Positions 46,801-58,887 of a DNA stretch of 64,000 nucleotides are shown here, in pieces. This DNA comes from Macrostomum lignano. Lineage: Eukaryota. Location: assembly GCA_002269645.1 (NCBI GenBank), contig NIVC01002287.1:21429-85428 (forward strand). Direction: 5' to 3'. The position numbers and the translations under genes were made by a program. The notes beneath the pieces are model-generated. The model saw only the letters and a list, made by a program, of their open reading frames with translations. It was not told the origin of the DNA and made no database searches. How positions within the stretch are numbered: position 1 is the stretch's first letter; every line of letters begins with the position of its first letter.

Positions 46801-48999
46801 CTTACATTGATTAGCGACCAAGGGACGCAGTTCCGAGCCGAGCTCATGAAAAACCTGACGCAGCACCTGGGGATTCACCATATCCGAACTTCTTCATACA
46901 ATCCGCGAGCCAACGGCATCGTCGAACGCGCTCATAGAACGTTGAAAACGGGCCTAAAAGCACGCGGAAAATACTGGTTGAGCCAACTGCCTCTCGTTCT
47001 TCTTGGAATGCGTATCTTTGCGGACGAAACCGGATCATCACCTTTCTCACTTGTTACTGGAGAGCAACCCATGGTTCCGCAAGTAGTGGCCGACACTTCG
47101 ACTCTGACAGAGCTATCGACCAAGCTCCACCAAATGTTTTTCCCCTACCGCCTACCGCGAACTCGTCCGGTCCCCACCCATATGCCGACCGCGCTGGACT
47201 CCTGCACACACGTGTGGCTACGGTTAGATCGCGTGAGGCGTCCGCTTGAAGCACCTTATCAAGGCCCGTTCGCTGTTCTTAGCAGACATGAAACAACAAT
47301 GACGCTAGAGATCAACGGCCGGCCCACCACAGTGTCAATCGACCGACTTAAACCAGCTACGCTACCGCCGCCGCCACCGGAGACCCTTCCAGAGCCTACT
47401 GCTCCGCCTAATGATTCACCAGCCGCTAATACTCGTTCAAGAAGTTCTCGCCATGTTCGATTTGCCTCCCAGCCGTCGATAAAATACTTTACACCTTGAT
47501 TCTACACTTCTTGACTTGATTCTACACTCCTTGATTACACTTGACAATTTGATTCTAGAGAAGTAGCGCCATGAATCTGTTACCCCAAATTTCCCTCCTG
47601 TTAATTCTTTGTTTTAATCCTAGAAGTACTCCGTTATGGGGAAGGGGGAGTATCTTGTAGCAGCACCAAAGCATTCATCATTTATTCTAATTATTTCTTA
47701 TTCTATATTCCAATCGCTTTAGTTCACCCATAGACACTTCTGTACTATTCGTTCGCCCCAGCGCTAAATAGCCCCCAACGCAATGACAAAATATACTAAA
47801 AAGGCCTCCCGCTTTTGCTAGCTATCTTCGAAGTGCCACTTACACTCGTAAGCTTGTAGCGGTAACCTAACGCTACAATGTATAACCCCATCAGGTATGT
47901 ATAACTCCATCAGGTATGTATAACTCCATCAGGTATGTATAACTTGATCAGGTATGTATAACTTGATCAGGTATTTAGAACTCCATCAGGTATGTATAAC
48001 CTATCAGGTATGTATAACCCATCAGGTATGTATAACCCATCAGGTATGTATAACCCATCAGGTATGTATAACCTATCAGGTATGTATAACCCCATCAGGT
48101 ATGTATAACCTATCAGGTATGTATAACCCATCAGGTATGTATAACCCATCAGGTATGTATAACCTATCAGGTATGTATAACCTATCAGGTATGTATAACC
48201 CATCAGATATGTATAACCTATCAGGTATGTATAACCCATCAGGTATGTATAACCCCATCAGGTATGTATAACCTATCAGGTATGTATAACCCATCAGGTA
48301 TGTATAACCCCATCAGGTATGTACAACCCATCAGGTATGTATAACCCATCAGGTATGTATAACCCAATCAGGAATGCATAACTCCAGCGCCAATAAGTGG
48401 TTCACCTGCACTAGCAGGCCGCTCCGATCCCATGCGCAGCTGGCATCCGTAACCAGCCGCTCCTCTGCTGGCAAATCATTAAACAGCCGGTGCAGCAGAG
48501 CATTGCGCTGCTTATAAAGCGGATTAAAGCGGCTGCGCAGGCGCGACTGGCTGCTCCTGGATGGCTCAGACCGGCCGCCGCCGGACCGGTCGCCGCTCGA
48601 GTCGTAGTCGGGCCCGGCGCCCGATGAGGCGGAGGCTGCGGCCGGCTCAGCCTGCTCGGCGCTCATCAGCCCGTTGCTGTCCGACCTACGGCTGGCCATT
48701 GTGGCCGAATCAAACGAGGCCGAAGAAGCTGCGGCGGCCGACTCCTCACCGGAGTTAACCATCGGTCCGACGTCTGTGCGACAGCGATGGAGCGGCTGCT
48801 GGCCCCTGTTGGAGACCAGCTGACGGTCCTGAGTCTCCACCCACTCCCTGGTGGTGGTGCTGCTGCTGGTGTTGGCCGGCAGGTGCGCGGCTCTATTAGG
48901 TGAGGAATAGCCATTCAGACTGGCTGATAAAGAAGACTGTCCCGCCTGCTGCTGCTGTGGTCTGTCGGTCTTGACGCTGCCACTGGAGCTGCTGCTCAT
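40806..48999 (-). CDS. GRAMD1: GRAM domain-containing protein 1 (Aster) homolog: GRAM + VASt + TM + coiled coil
   Basis: Exons 48999-48406, 42858-42558 and 42241-40806. GRAM motifs QRN..LHRLFNDLPAEERL...SCA..R..LVQ|GRLY.....CFYSKI and KERTARVIPNAI.V.T...YFFTS.G.RDR; VASt motif SREVPYCDSFHT..RYCL; C-terminal TM helix and coiled coil. The final AAA|GTATGA could be a donor rather than the stop. Confidence 0.95.
42270..42552. repeat. 26-bp minisatellite (aacactctaaagtacaggagaataag) filling GRAMD1 intron 2
   Basis: Direct reading. Confidence 0.95.
43042..43508 (+). repeat. 5' LTR (467 bp including a 245-bp insertion plus duplication)
   Basis: Identical by eye to the 3' LTR apart from the insertion. 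Confidence 0.95.
43173..43411. mobile_element. 239-bp insertion in the 5' LTR flanked by a CAATGA duplication
   Basis: Absent from the 3' LTR. CAATGA occurs at 43167-43172 and 43412-43417 but only once at the equivalent position of the 3' LTR. Confidence 0.85.
43512..43522 (+). other. Primer binding site complementary to the initiator tRNA-Met 3' end
   Basis: TGGTAGCAGAG, 3 bp after the LTR, is the complement of ...CUCUGCUACCA. Confidence 0.85.
43555..44402 (+). CDS. Gag (one -1 frameshift near 44020)
   Basis: IRPPPFY...PEIWFRQLESQF motif; restoring one C gives LPTHIRSALVGHE; C-terminal CX2HX9CX3C box (CNGHLFYASQARTCRPWC). Confidence 0.9.
44400..47499 (+). CDS. Pol: protease, RT, RNase H, integrase (one -1 frameshift near 44760)
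   Basis: Protease FIVDTGAERS; RT WASPLHMV, RPCGDYRALN, YLRMPFGLRNA, YIDDIL; RNase H TTDAS, DRELLA, DHKP; integrase HPG..C..C, HIDLVGP, ISDQG, NGIVERAH; C-terminal APYQGPF. Confidence 0.96.
47656..47877 (+). repeat. 3' LTR (222 bp)
   Basis: TG...CA termini, preceded by the PPT and followed by TSD ATGT. Confidence 0.96.
47878..48372. repeat. 18/19-bp minisatellite (atcaggtatgtataaccc[c]), ~26 units, between the 3' LTR and the GRAMD1 exon 1 donor
   Basis: Direct reading. Confidence 0.97.
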
Positions 49000-51900
49000 G
49001 CCAGCAAGAGGGTCTGTGCTGCAATGCAGTTCCAGTCCAATAATGCAAGCCTGGGTTGCGATACTGCAGTGGCTACTAGCATTAACTGCACACATATGGT
49101 CTGTGAGCTGACAATATATCCTTACAAGAGCACTGCATTAGTATTTAATAACACAAGTTTGGTGAAAATCAATCTGGCCATTCTTATAAAAATTCGATCA
49201 CATAGCTAGCTAGCTAGATAGATAAAACTCAATTTTAATTTATTAAGATTCTAAGCTTTCTTGGCTAAGAATGATAACATCAATTAAAAACATGTCAGTT
49301 TTATTCTAGGAAGTAGGCTAATTCATATAAACAATTTGGAAATGAGTAGTATGAAAATACTATGGAATTTTTTGCAGATTATGAAAACTAGGCCAGCTGA
49401 AACATATTGCATGGCACATTTAGATTTGATAAGTTGTAATAATAATGACATTGTGTGATTTGCAATATATAATAAATAACTAAAAGTAAGCAATACTATT
49501 TAGTTTTGTTAGTTTTTGGTCTTAGATTTTGGAATTTCCATCATTGAATTCGTCCTTTTCTTCTTTACAAACTATATTTGCCCCAATATCTGTTCATACC
49601 AAGCTTTCTTGAGTTTATATATGCAAGCTCTAAACTTATACTAGCCTGGCAACTTAGTTTTTCAGAATATCAAAAACAAATTAAAATTGTCAACTTATTG
49701 TGCTTTGTCAAAAAGTCAACAAATTTGCCTTTTAATCCTTTGGTCTACCACAATTTATACAAGTTAGATCGACTATGTTGGCTGGTATTGGCATATTAGA
49801 GTTGATATTTTTCATTACTTATTCTCAGAGGAAAGGTGATTACTTCAAATATTGAATTAAAAAACAAAGGCATACCTTAAATTAGAACTTCACTATATTC
49901 TATAACCAAATTTTTATATTTATAGCTAATTAATTTCTTGTAACTTTTTACAATGCCAAATGTAATGGCAACAATTTTTTTTATGATTTACGAGGCCAAT
50001 AATAAAGTGAAAAGTAAAGAGTGATTATATTAGTTTAACCTCTGACTAGTTAACAATTCTCATTTATTTATTATATAAGAAAACGGCAAGCATCACATTT
50101 ATCTGACTTTTAGCCCCTATCACCCTAATTACAAAATCTATCTAAATGGCATTGAAAATATTTGCTGCTTAAGTCTTTGACCTCAGACTTAAGAACTTCT
50201 ATATACCCCTTGCATTTGCATTGAAAATGAAAAGATTCATCTTAACTTTAGTCTTTCCTTCAACCACTTATTTGATTTACTTAATTTAGCTATAAAGGAT
50301 TCAAAGTATCTAGATATAGCAAGAAGGCATTGTTTTCTACTCTATTAACCCTTGACCCCTAATGACCTATAAATTCCACTTCAAATTTTCACTTGGCCAT
50401 GTGACTTTCTAAAATAAAAAATACAACTTAGGATCCATGAAAAAAACCCCTAAAACAAAAATTAATGTAATTTTAGGTAAATAATAAAGTAGCTATAATT
50501 GCAGTATTAAAGCAAAATACTTCAACATGTAAAAACAAACTATGTCTATATTTTGTGGATCAGCATTTTTGCAGCTTACTTAAAGCCTTGGCTAGACCTT
50601 TTATTACCAAGCCAAATTTTATTTAGCAATTTTTTTTTATTTTAAAAGGTAATTTTATTATCATTGAGGATCTTTTGCTTAAAAAATATAAAAATAGGGC
50701 CTTTTGCTATAGGCCAATATGTATAGATAGCATTATACATATATATACATATTATGTTATACATATATTATACATATTATACATATATATACATATTATG
50801 CCGCTACAAGTTTTGATTGCCATAACTGTAATCATAGCCATAAGAAGTAAGCAACTTATATAGCCAAATTTTCCTATCATTAAAGGGCTAAAAATGTCTT
50901 TAACTGTAAATTGCTATAACCATAGCCATAATATAACAAAAATGGCTATTTTGTATAGAAAATTGTAGAATATATAAATAACCAAGACAGAATAGATTAG
51001 ATTAGCATAGTCATTAAAGCACAAATATAGCAAAAACTATAAAAATTCTGTCTTGATGTCTAGACAACTAGACAAACAAATGAAACATTTTTGAAGTTTT
51101 ATAGAAAGTGTTAGTTCCCTATGTACATTTAACAAATATTTTAGTTTAAAATAACTAATTTATTTATCAATAGTGAATAGTGAAGCTTCAATAATGAAAA
51201 ATATGAATATAGTTTACTTTGTGTACTAGTCAACATTTTTGTTTTTTTTCACTTTTTAATTTTTATAGGCCTATTTGATGGCTAATGCCAACAATTTTCA
51301 TTATGGATAACCATTATGGCAAAGTCTAGAAATTTGCTATAATTTGTAACTGTAGCCATAAGCTAAAAATTTTCCATAGGCCTAGCCATAATTGGTAATG
51401 AAAATATAGTTGCAAAAGTGCTACTCTTATAATTTATAATAACAATAACTGTAGCAGTGTAGGTAGGCCTTAATATAATGATGGCAAAGCACTAAATAGA
51501 ATATAGCAAAATTAAAAAATTGGAGGCAAGTTTTTTGAGAATCTATTTTGGTAGGCCTATTCTTAAGCAATAAAATTATTTTGAACTAAAAGTTTATTTT
51601 AGACTTCAAAAAAGTTAAAAACATTTATAAAGGCATAAATTATCAATATATAGGATTATAGTCTTATCTATAATAAAATGATTTGTTAATTTAAAACAAT
51701 AAATTAAGTTATGACTAAAATTTGATAAAATTCATTGACAATTTTTTTAAATATAAGATTAAAATTATAAATTTTTACAAAAACTTTATCAATTGAGGCT
51801 TAGTAGGCCTAGTCTTAGATAAATATTAAAAAATCAATAAAACAACAAAGCAGTTTTTGTATTAAATTTAAAAAATCTATCTCAGTTGCAAAAAAACATA

Positions 51901-54281
51901 TCTAATATAGCTTTAAATATTTTAAACCAAATATGAAAAGTTCTTAGTTCTTTTACATATATTTGTAGACATGTAGCTAGCAAGCATAATTTTGAGCCAA
52001 AACAGTCTTAAAGGTTTCTGAGAAACGAAAAGTTTCCAGTCCTTCCTCCTACTCAAGTCGTCCCCTCCTTGTTAATGTTAGTATGCCCAGGCCAGGCCTA
52101 GCCTAACGCTCTAACTCAAGTCAAAGTCAGGCACAGCCTCCAAGGGACCAAGGGTCACCAATTTGTACCATAAATAATAGTGAATGGCTAGGGCCTATAA
52201 TGGAAGTAATTGATGATACCTAAAGAACAAACAAGTACCAACAAAAAACGTTAAAAGGTTTTTTATAGTTATGCTCTAGCTGTGAATGTCAAGCATTTTA
52301 AATGAAAATAAAGTGGTGCGACTTTTACTGCAATGTTGTACTCTAAGTGACTTTTTCCAGGAAAGGGTGATTGATTTAAAATGTCAAGGCGAAGAAATAA
52401 CAAAAATTACGAGGATTCACTTATCAAGCTAGACTGTCATGCAAAGCTTCATTGCTTTTAAATCACTTAGCTCTAACTGGAATAGAAAATACCAGTTTTG
52501 GATCGTTTATTTATCGATCGGATGGACTGTGGTGTACCCTGAAGTGAAGTCTAAAAGATTTGGGTTATTTGGCAGTCTTGTATCATTTGCACTTGTTCGT
52601 ACAGGTACTTTTAATTCCTCATTGCGTTTCCAACATAGGTAAACGCAAGATCTTAGTATAGTATCAACACAATGGTTACACAAAGGAATTGACTTGGTAG
52701 AAAAAAAGAAACTTTTGTTTCCTAAAAAATATCTTGGGGTTTGCATGGTTTACACGTACATACACTACACTTACGGAAAATACACTTATGGAGATTTTTT
52801 TCATTTTTGGAGGCAGCGGGCTGTGTGCCTCATAGCGCCCTTTAAGCGACATGTCACACAACCGCATATACTGCTGCCCATTATTCCGCCGGCGATCCCT
52901 GCATGAGCAGGCATGCAAGCGGTAAACGTATACGCAGTCATACGTACTGCATCGTCCATGCACACACCCGTGCAGAAATTTTATGAAATTTAACGTTTGT
53001 AAACGAATAATTACCGGCTTCTGACTATTCACAGTGATCAATAAATCACCTTTCGTGCTCAATAATTATGCAAACACTATCGAGATTGTGCATGTTTTTA
53101 ATTTACTGCTGAAACGAAATTCACCAACTTTAACGATCGAATGCGTTGCGCAAATTTGTTGCACGGGACACTCACACGGGAGCTTGTACAGCGGCCCTAA
53201 CTTTATCGGTAGGCATGTACACTTCTCACTAAATGTAGACATGTACCTTATAGGGTTGGCCCTCATAACGGCGTTACTGCACGAGTAGACCCAAACTCGA
53301 GATTCCAACTTTATAGCTCCAAATTAATATGACTGTATTTGAAATCGAATCTGGGCAGGTTTTAGCGAAAAAAAACTGTAAAGACCACGTTTTAACTTTT
53401 TTTGATCTAGCTACATGCATGAGCCCTAGCGGGATGGCAGCATGTGCATTTTCGGTATGTTTGCGAAATAGCTTTGCTAGGAAAGTCTGCACCGCTCAAT
53501 CAAGGAAGACTTTAGTATAGTTGGGCCACCAAATATTTTTGCAGCTTGTTTTTTGTGCGACCATAAACTGGTACACTTTTAATTTGCTCTAAATTTTGAA
53601 CTTACTAGAAAGTCGATTTTGGCATATTATACATGTATTCAGCGACAGAGAGCTAAATTGGCACATAAAAATCCAGAGTAGTTGCTTAGCTATAAGTATA
53701 TGTGCAACTATTTCAATGAATGTAAGCGACCTGTGAGTATGGGTGCATACGGCCTTATGCATGCAGTATTAGGAAACGCACAATTTAGCCATGAACAACG
53801 TACGTAAACCAGAGAGAGCTTCTGATCTTTGAAAAAATACAAAATCAACAAAACATCAGTTGATTTTGTGCCATTTTCAAACGCTTCACTTGTAGACTGC
53901 TTGCTTTTTTGGTCACGATTCTTCGTCTTATGCAACGCTCTGGACTAAGGAGTGAGATAGACCAGACGTCTCTATACTGCCTTCTAATAAACCAACCCAT
54001 CATATGCAAACACAGCTCAGGCAGGGTAGTGTGCAGCGGCAGTTGTTTTTTTCGCCTTTCTCTTCAGGCTCTTTCCATCACTAAGCCTTGCTGTCTACTT
54101 CGCTAGCCGCCCACCCCAAACAGTACGACAGATGACAGTAAAATGGTTAGGCGGGTCTTTTAATACTCTATATAAGAATCATTGAAGCCGCACAGCGTAC
54201 TAAGGTCCGAAAGTTTTTAAGCACCCGAAACAGTTGATAAATAGGCCACAAAGACATTCACAGACAGCCACAGAAACAGAA

Positions 54282-55943
54282 ATGCTCGGCCAGAAGCATC
54301 AGCCCCTAGCGGCTCCACCTCCTGTGCTGCCGCCTCCTGTGCCTCCCCAGCCGCCGCCACCAGCTGGAGCCGTCGACGGCAACGAGTGGGGCCTAAATGA
54401 GGCAGATATTGAGGCACTGTTTGTCAAGATGCAGGTTCCTCCAAAGCCACCAGTCAGAGAGCCGACAGTGCTACCGCCGAGTCAGGTGGAGCTGACAGAG
54501 GAGGACCGGCTGAGTCTGGCTCGAATCCAGCAGAGGGAGGCTGAGGGCCGCGTCAGAAAGACGACTCGGAGTTCCGAACTGCAACCGGCTGTCGTAGGGC
54601 ACAACAAATCGGAGGAGAAGCAGACCCAGCGTCTGCTCAGACAGTGGTTCTTCGAGGAACGCTACCAGCTGGACAAAGTCAACAATGCACAGAGGGCAAC
54701 CTACAGACAGCTCCGTCAGCTTCATGTTGACCGGCGGCGCCAAGTCAGAGAACTTATGAATTATCGCCGCGAGGAAGCTCGAGCTGAGGTGCAGCGAGAG
54801 CGCGATAGGCAGCAGCGTGCCAAGGAGTTGGCGTTGCTGGAGAAGCAGATGGAGAAACTCCGCGAAGTGGAGGCGCTTGAGAAACGGCTCGGCAGTCCAG
54901 AAGAGGATCAGGTCAAACTACCGCCAGTGAAGAAGCGGAAGGCCAAGGCCGCGACTACCAGAGAGACCGACGCAGCCCTGTCGGCAATCGCGGCAGCGAC
55001 TATGGAAGCTGCACAGGAGACTGAAGTGGTGAATTCTACCAGCGAGGAGATACAAAATGTAGTTGACGAGCAGCCGCCCAAACAGGATATTGAAACACAG
55101 GAAGAAGTTGTTACTATGACGTCCAAGGTAGTTGAGGTCGAGAGACGCGGGATGCAGGCGGTGCGGCAGGGCTCCGATGTGATGACAGTGCTGGAGCGTT
55201 CGCGCAGTAAGAGTTTCATTCGTGAGTCAACCGGCTTGAAAGCAGCTCCTGCCTCACAGCAGCAACCGGAAAGTACTACAAAACAGCAGATGGAACAGCA
55301 GCCAGCTCCAACGAAACCGATTTCTGAGCCAAAGAAGAAAGCAGCAGCGGTTGCTGAAGCAGCGGAGAAGTTGAAGCGTGAGCAAACGCCACCTCCGCCA
55401 CCGCCACCGCCGCCACCACTGCCACAAATTGAGAGGCCGCCACTGACACAGGTGGAGAAGAACCGACTTCGGGCCAAGCGCAGAGAAGAGGCTTCAAAGA
55501 AACTGCTGCACGAGCCGTACACGCACTACAGAATGGTCAAGGGAGGCAGCATCGAGCCGGTAGAGTTCCAGCCGCCCAAGTTCCCGACCACAGAGCCAAG
55601 TAACCGGCCTCTCTATGAGCAGCATAAGCGTCTAGAGAGAGAGAAAGCCAATTACATGTCCAGCATGAATAGGTTGGGCCAATTCACCGCCGAGGTGCTC
55701 AATGAGGAAATCAGACTGGCTCAAGCGTTCGAGATGCCGAAAGAGAAGGAGAACAAGTCAAGACCACCCAAGGAGATGAAGCTGGGGCCATCTGACTGGA
55801 TGAAGGTCTTCATTCGTACGAATGCTCCGGAGGACGTTGAGTCCGGCAGCTTTGAAGCCATGAAGTACGTCGAGTATCTGAGACCCGAGGCGCCCAATAC
55901 CAACAGGGACATAGAGCCCGAAAAGCTATTCGATGATGCTTGA
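54282..55943 (+). CDS. Uncharacterised intronless 553-aa coiled-coil, Pro-rich protein
   Basis: Long non-repetitive ORF with GC-rich codons in AT-rich flanks, E/R/Q/K-rich helical region, poly-Pro tracts and TATATAAG at 54169-54176. No family recognised. Confidence 0.8.
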   Translation: MLGQKHQPLAAPPPVLPPPVPPQPPPPAGAVDGNEWGLNEADIEALFVKMQVPPKPPVREPTVLPPSQVELTEEDRLSLARIQQREAEGRVRKTTRSSELQPAVVGHNKSEEKQTQRLLRQWFFEERYQLDKVNNAQRATYRQLRQLHVDRRRQVRELMNYRREEARAEVQRERDRQQRAKELALLEKQMEKLREVEALEKRLGSPEEDQVKLPPVKKRKAKAATTRETDAALSAIAAATMEAAQETEVVNSTSEEIQNVVDEQPPKQDIETQEEVVTMTSKVVEVERRGMQAVRQGSDVMTVLERSRSKSFIRESTGLKAAPASQQQPESTTKQQMEQQPAPTKPISEPKKKAAAVAEAAEKLKREQTPPPPPPPPPPLPQIERPPLTQVEKNRLRAKRREEASKKLLHEPYTHYRMVKGGSIEPVEFQPPKFPTTEPSNRPLYEQHKRLEREKANYMSSMNRLGQFTAEVLNEEIRLAQAFEMPKEKENKSRPPKEMKLGPSDWMKVFIRTNAPEDVESGSFEAMKYVEYLRPEAPNTNRDIEPEKLFDDA

Positions 55944-56574
55944 GTTATCGAGCCCCTACTACTACGAGTAAATTTAAAGTGCAGCATAAATAGCGAAAAA
56001 TCGAAGTTGACCAGACGTTTTGGTGTTTTCAATCCTATTGGCTGTACATAAAAAGCGCCGTATTTTCAAGTGCCTCAAGATTATTTTTTCTCTAACTTAC
56101 TGCAAACATTTTTTGCAAAAAACCCATTGAACAATGCTCGTAGTCACTTTATTGCACCCAAAATATTTAAGATTAAGAGCTTACGCCCAATTTCTTGCAA
56201 CTAACTGCAGCACATTTTGTTGTCTTGAGTCAGGGAAGAGTTTATTTATTTTGTTCTCATACGAGCTATTTAGAAAGCAGATTGTAAACCTGCATTATGG
56301 AACATCTTTCTAAGTACGGGTATCTAGAAGGCTCCTCGCGAGCATGTAAATGTGCGCACTGCTGCAAAAAGCTATACAGACCTCGCGGAATACAGCTTGC
56401 GACCGAAAAATAATTCTTAAAATCAACACAAACAACACAATGACTAAAATAAGCATCAAACAGCGATAGCTGATGGAAGCGTAATGAAACCAAAGAGCTG
56501 AGGCTTAGAGACGAACAGTTTATACCATTAAAAACACTTAACACCATAAGCTTAAATGCTCCGGGTCTCCTTCA

Positions 56575-58221
56575 TCAGGCCGCTCTCAACCGCTTTTTGT
56601 CCGGGTCAGCATCTAGGAAGTTCCAGCACCAGTAGCTCAAGTCCCAGGCGCACCGCTTGTCGTGCCTGTCTTGCTTGGTCAGCATCTCCAGCTTGCTAGC
56701 GCAGGTGACGTCCTTCATCGATTGGTTCAGAATCTCGAAGCGAAAATAGCTGGCGATGATCTTGCGGATGCTAAAGTAGCAGTTGTAGGGGGCACTGCCG
56801 GGGACGAAAATCTCCTTGAAGTAATTTGTCACCGGAATGTTGATGCAGGTGGCCATATTCTCCCTCATCTTAGCAAAAAGAGATTCAAGAACGTCTATAG
56901 AAAAATTTGTGTAGAGACCTTCTGAGAACTCGTATGTTACTCGCTTAGTGATCATGTGAATTGAATCGTTCGACGACCAGAACTTCTCCTTCATGTCAAT
57001 TGTGCGCGACTTTTCCGCGATCACGTCGCAGGGTTGACTAACGGACTTGCTATCGAGCTGCAGCCGAGAGTCCCACGGTAGCCGGTTCAGCAGACAGTAG
57101 ACAAAAACATAAAATGCCGATTCAAGGTCGCAGACGTAGTGACATTTTTTATCCTTCACTTGCGAGTAAGCGACAAATCTGTCGTGAAACAGATGGATTG
57201 GACTGCTTTGTTGAGTTCCTAGAACGGCCTTGTCAAAACTGGTTATGTACAGCACATTCATTGCCTCGCGACAGCCGAAGCTCAGACATCCCGGATTAAC
57301 GTCACAATGCACTACGCCGTACTTGTGCAATATCATTAGTCGACTGATGAGCTGGTCGAGTATTTTGAGTGCAGTAGACAGACTGAACTTTTTGCCTTGT
57401 CTCACCATTAGTTGCATCAGATAGGGAACACTTGGTCCTGTCTTCTCGACCGATAAATAGCTAAAAGAAGACATCATGTTCTTGGCGTCAGTCCCGAAGC
57501 CTGCAGGGCTAATCGGATGTCGGCAAATTCCATCTGACTTCCCATTTAAGTTGTAGTAGTGGAACCCATCAATCTCCATTTTAGGAAAGTCATAATTCGA
57601 CGAGCCAATCAAATTCTTGAACTCAAAAGGCATCGGAAAGCCAACTAGTTGGTCAGGGCTGGTTTTCCTCGCAAGCATCTCTGTCCGGTAGTTCTCCCAG
57701 ATGTGCTGCAAAATCTTGAACTCTCGCACTAATTTGAAAGGCTCTGGAAACCTGGCGTTACCGACTGGTATTGCTTCTATTTTCAGGATCAGCTGGTAGC
57801 AAAAGTCGGAGGAGCGCGTCTCTTGCAGCACAGGATTCGGCTTTCGGCGCTCGTTGGTGTAACGCTCAATGACCTCTTCGAAGGCTTGATGAAAGGTCAA
57901 CTCTTCGGCCTGCTTTTCAGCTAGCCTCGTTGGCTTGTCCTTCACCACGGGAAACACTTCTGTGATGAAGGAATACTCGTCAGGCTGGGAGGTGTACACG
58001 TAGATTAACGGATTTTCACCAGAGACGTCGTACTTGGTGCTAAAGTCCGAGTGCTGAGTCATGACGCTGAACACCTCTTTGAAAGTTTCTTCACGCTTGG
58101 CCAGTTTTTCTAATCGGTTGGTCGCGACAGCAATGTCGCCAGACAACGACTCCTGGTCGAGTCCGGTGCTCCACATAGAAAGCCGTTCGGGCCGTAAAAC
58201 ACTACTCTGTCTGCTGGCCAT
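56575..58221 (-). CDS. Casein kinase 1-family (CK1/TTBK/VRK-like) probable pseudokinase, intronless
   Basis: LILKIE; GPSV..LM...GKKFSLSTALKILDQLISRLMILH; VHCDVNPGC; YITSFD; DLESAFYVFVY...RLPW. These align to CK1 subdomains II and V-IX. Confidence 0.82.
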   Translation of the reverse strand: MASRQSSVLRPERLSMWSTGLDQESLSGDIAVATNRLEKLAKREETFKEVFSVMTQHSDFSTKYDVSGENPLIYVYTSQPDEYSFITEVFPVVKDKPTRLAEKQAEELTFHQAFEEVIERYTNERRKPNPVLQETRSSDFCYQLILKIEAIPVGNARFPEPFKLVREFKILQHIWENYRTEMLARKTSPDQLVGFPMPFEFKNLIGSSNYDFPKMEIDGFHYYNLNGKSDGICRHPISPAGFGTDAKNMMSSFSYLSVEKTGPSVPYLMQLMVRQGKKFSLSTALKILDQLISRLMILHKYGVVHCDVNPGCLSFGCREAMNVLYITSFDKAVLGTQQSSPIHLFHDRFVAYSQVKDKKCHYVCDLESAFYVFVYCLLNRLPWDSRLQLDSKSVSQPCDVIAEKSRTIDMKEKFWSSNDSIHMITKRVTYEFSEGLYTNFSIDVLESLFAKMRENMATCINIPVTNYFKEIFVPGSAPYNCYFSIRKIIASYFRFEILNQSMKDVTCASKLEMLTKQDRHDKRCAWDLSYWCWNFLDADPDKKRLRAA

Positions 58222-58887
58222 GGCTACGTCTGATCAACGATCTATCTTCAGTTTTATAATATCGTACCACTTTCGAAATAGTCGATAAAAACTGAGTAAT
58301 TGTTGACACAACTTGTCAAGAACAGAAGCTCAAGTCAATAACTGAGCTATGCTGAGCAATACTGCGCATAGCCAGCCTAGCTAAACGATGCAATGCTAAT
58401 TGTCTATGTCTTGAAGTAGATTTTTGGACAAAGAATTAGACAGTTTTTTTCTGTGCTTAAATTACTGAATGATACTTATATTTAATTAGATAAAAGATGG
58501 CGATGGACATCCCAAGCCATTCTTAAACTTCGCATTCCTCATTTTGTGTAGACTAAACAAAGACTACCACTTACTTACCACGTCAGTCTTCAAACCTAAA
58601 CTAGAATGAATTGCATACGGAAATCATTCGATTTTTGTTTAAATCTCAGTTAATTGTAACAAAATCTTTATTTGCCCCTGATTCGGGCTTGAACTAGTAA
58701 GAAAAGAACAGAAAAAGACGGATCCAATCGAGACAAAACTTTTGCGCCTAAACGCTGGAGCGCGATTTAACAGGAAAGATAAAAACTACAGACACGCAGA
58801 GAAATCGCAAACACAAATAAGATCCACCCTAACAAATGTTACATGCACTCACGGAGAGCTGAAAATCGGGTAAGAAAGGGAGGCAAT

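Larger units (their letters stand above)
43042..47877 (+). mobile_element. Full-length Ty3/Gypsy LTR retrotransposon (CsRn1-like clade), antisense within GRAMD1 intron 1
   Basis: LTRs 43042-43508 and 47656-47877 with TGTAGC...GCTACA termini; 4-bp TSD ATGT; PBS TGGTAGCAGAG at 43512-43522; PPT ggggaagggggag at ~47637-47650; gag then protease-RT-RNaseH-integrase order. Confidence 0.98.

Noticed and set aside
44528-47254. Minus-strand ORFs over Gypsy pol and plus-strand ORFs over GRAMD1/ENaC exons
   Set aside because: Shadow frames of GC-rich coding sequence.
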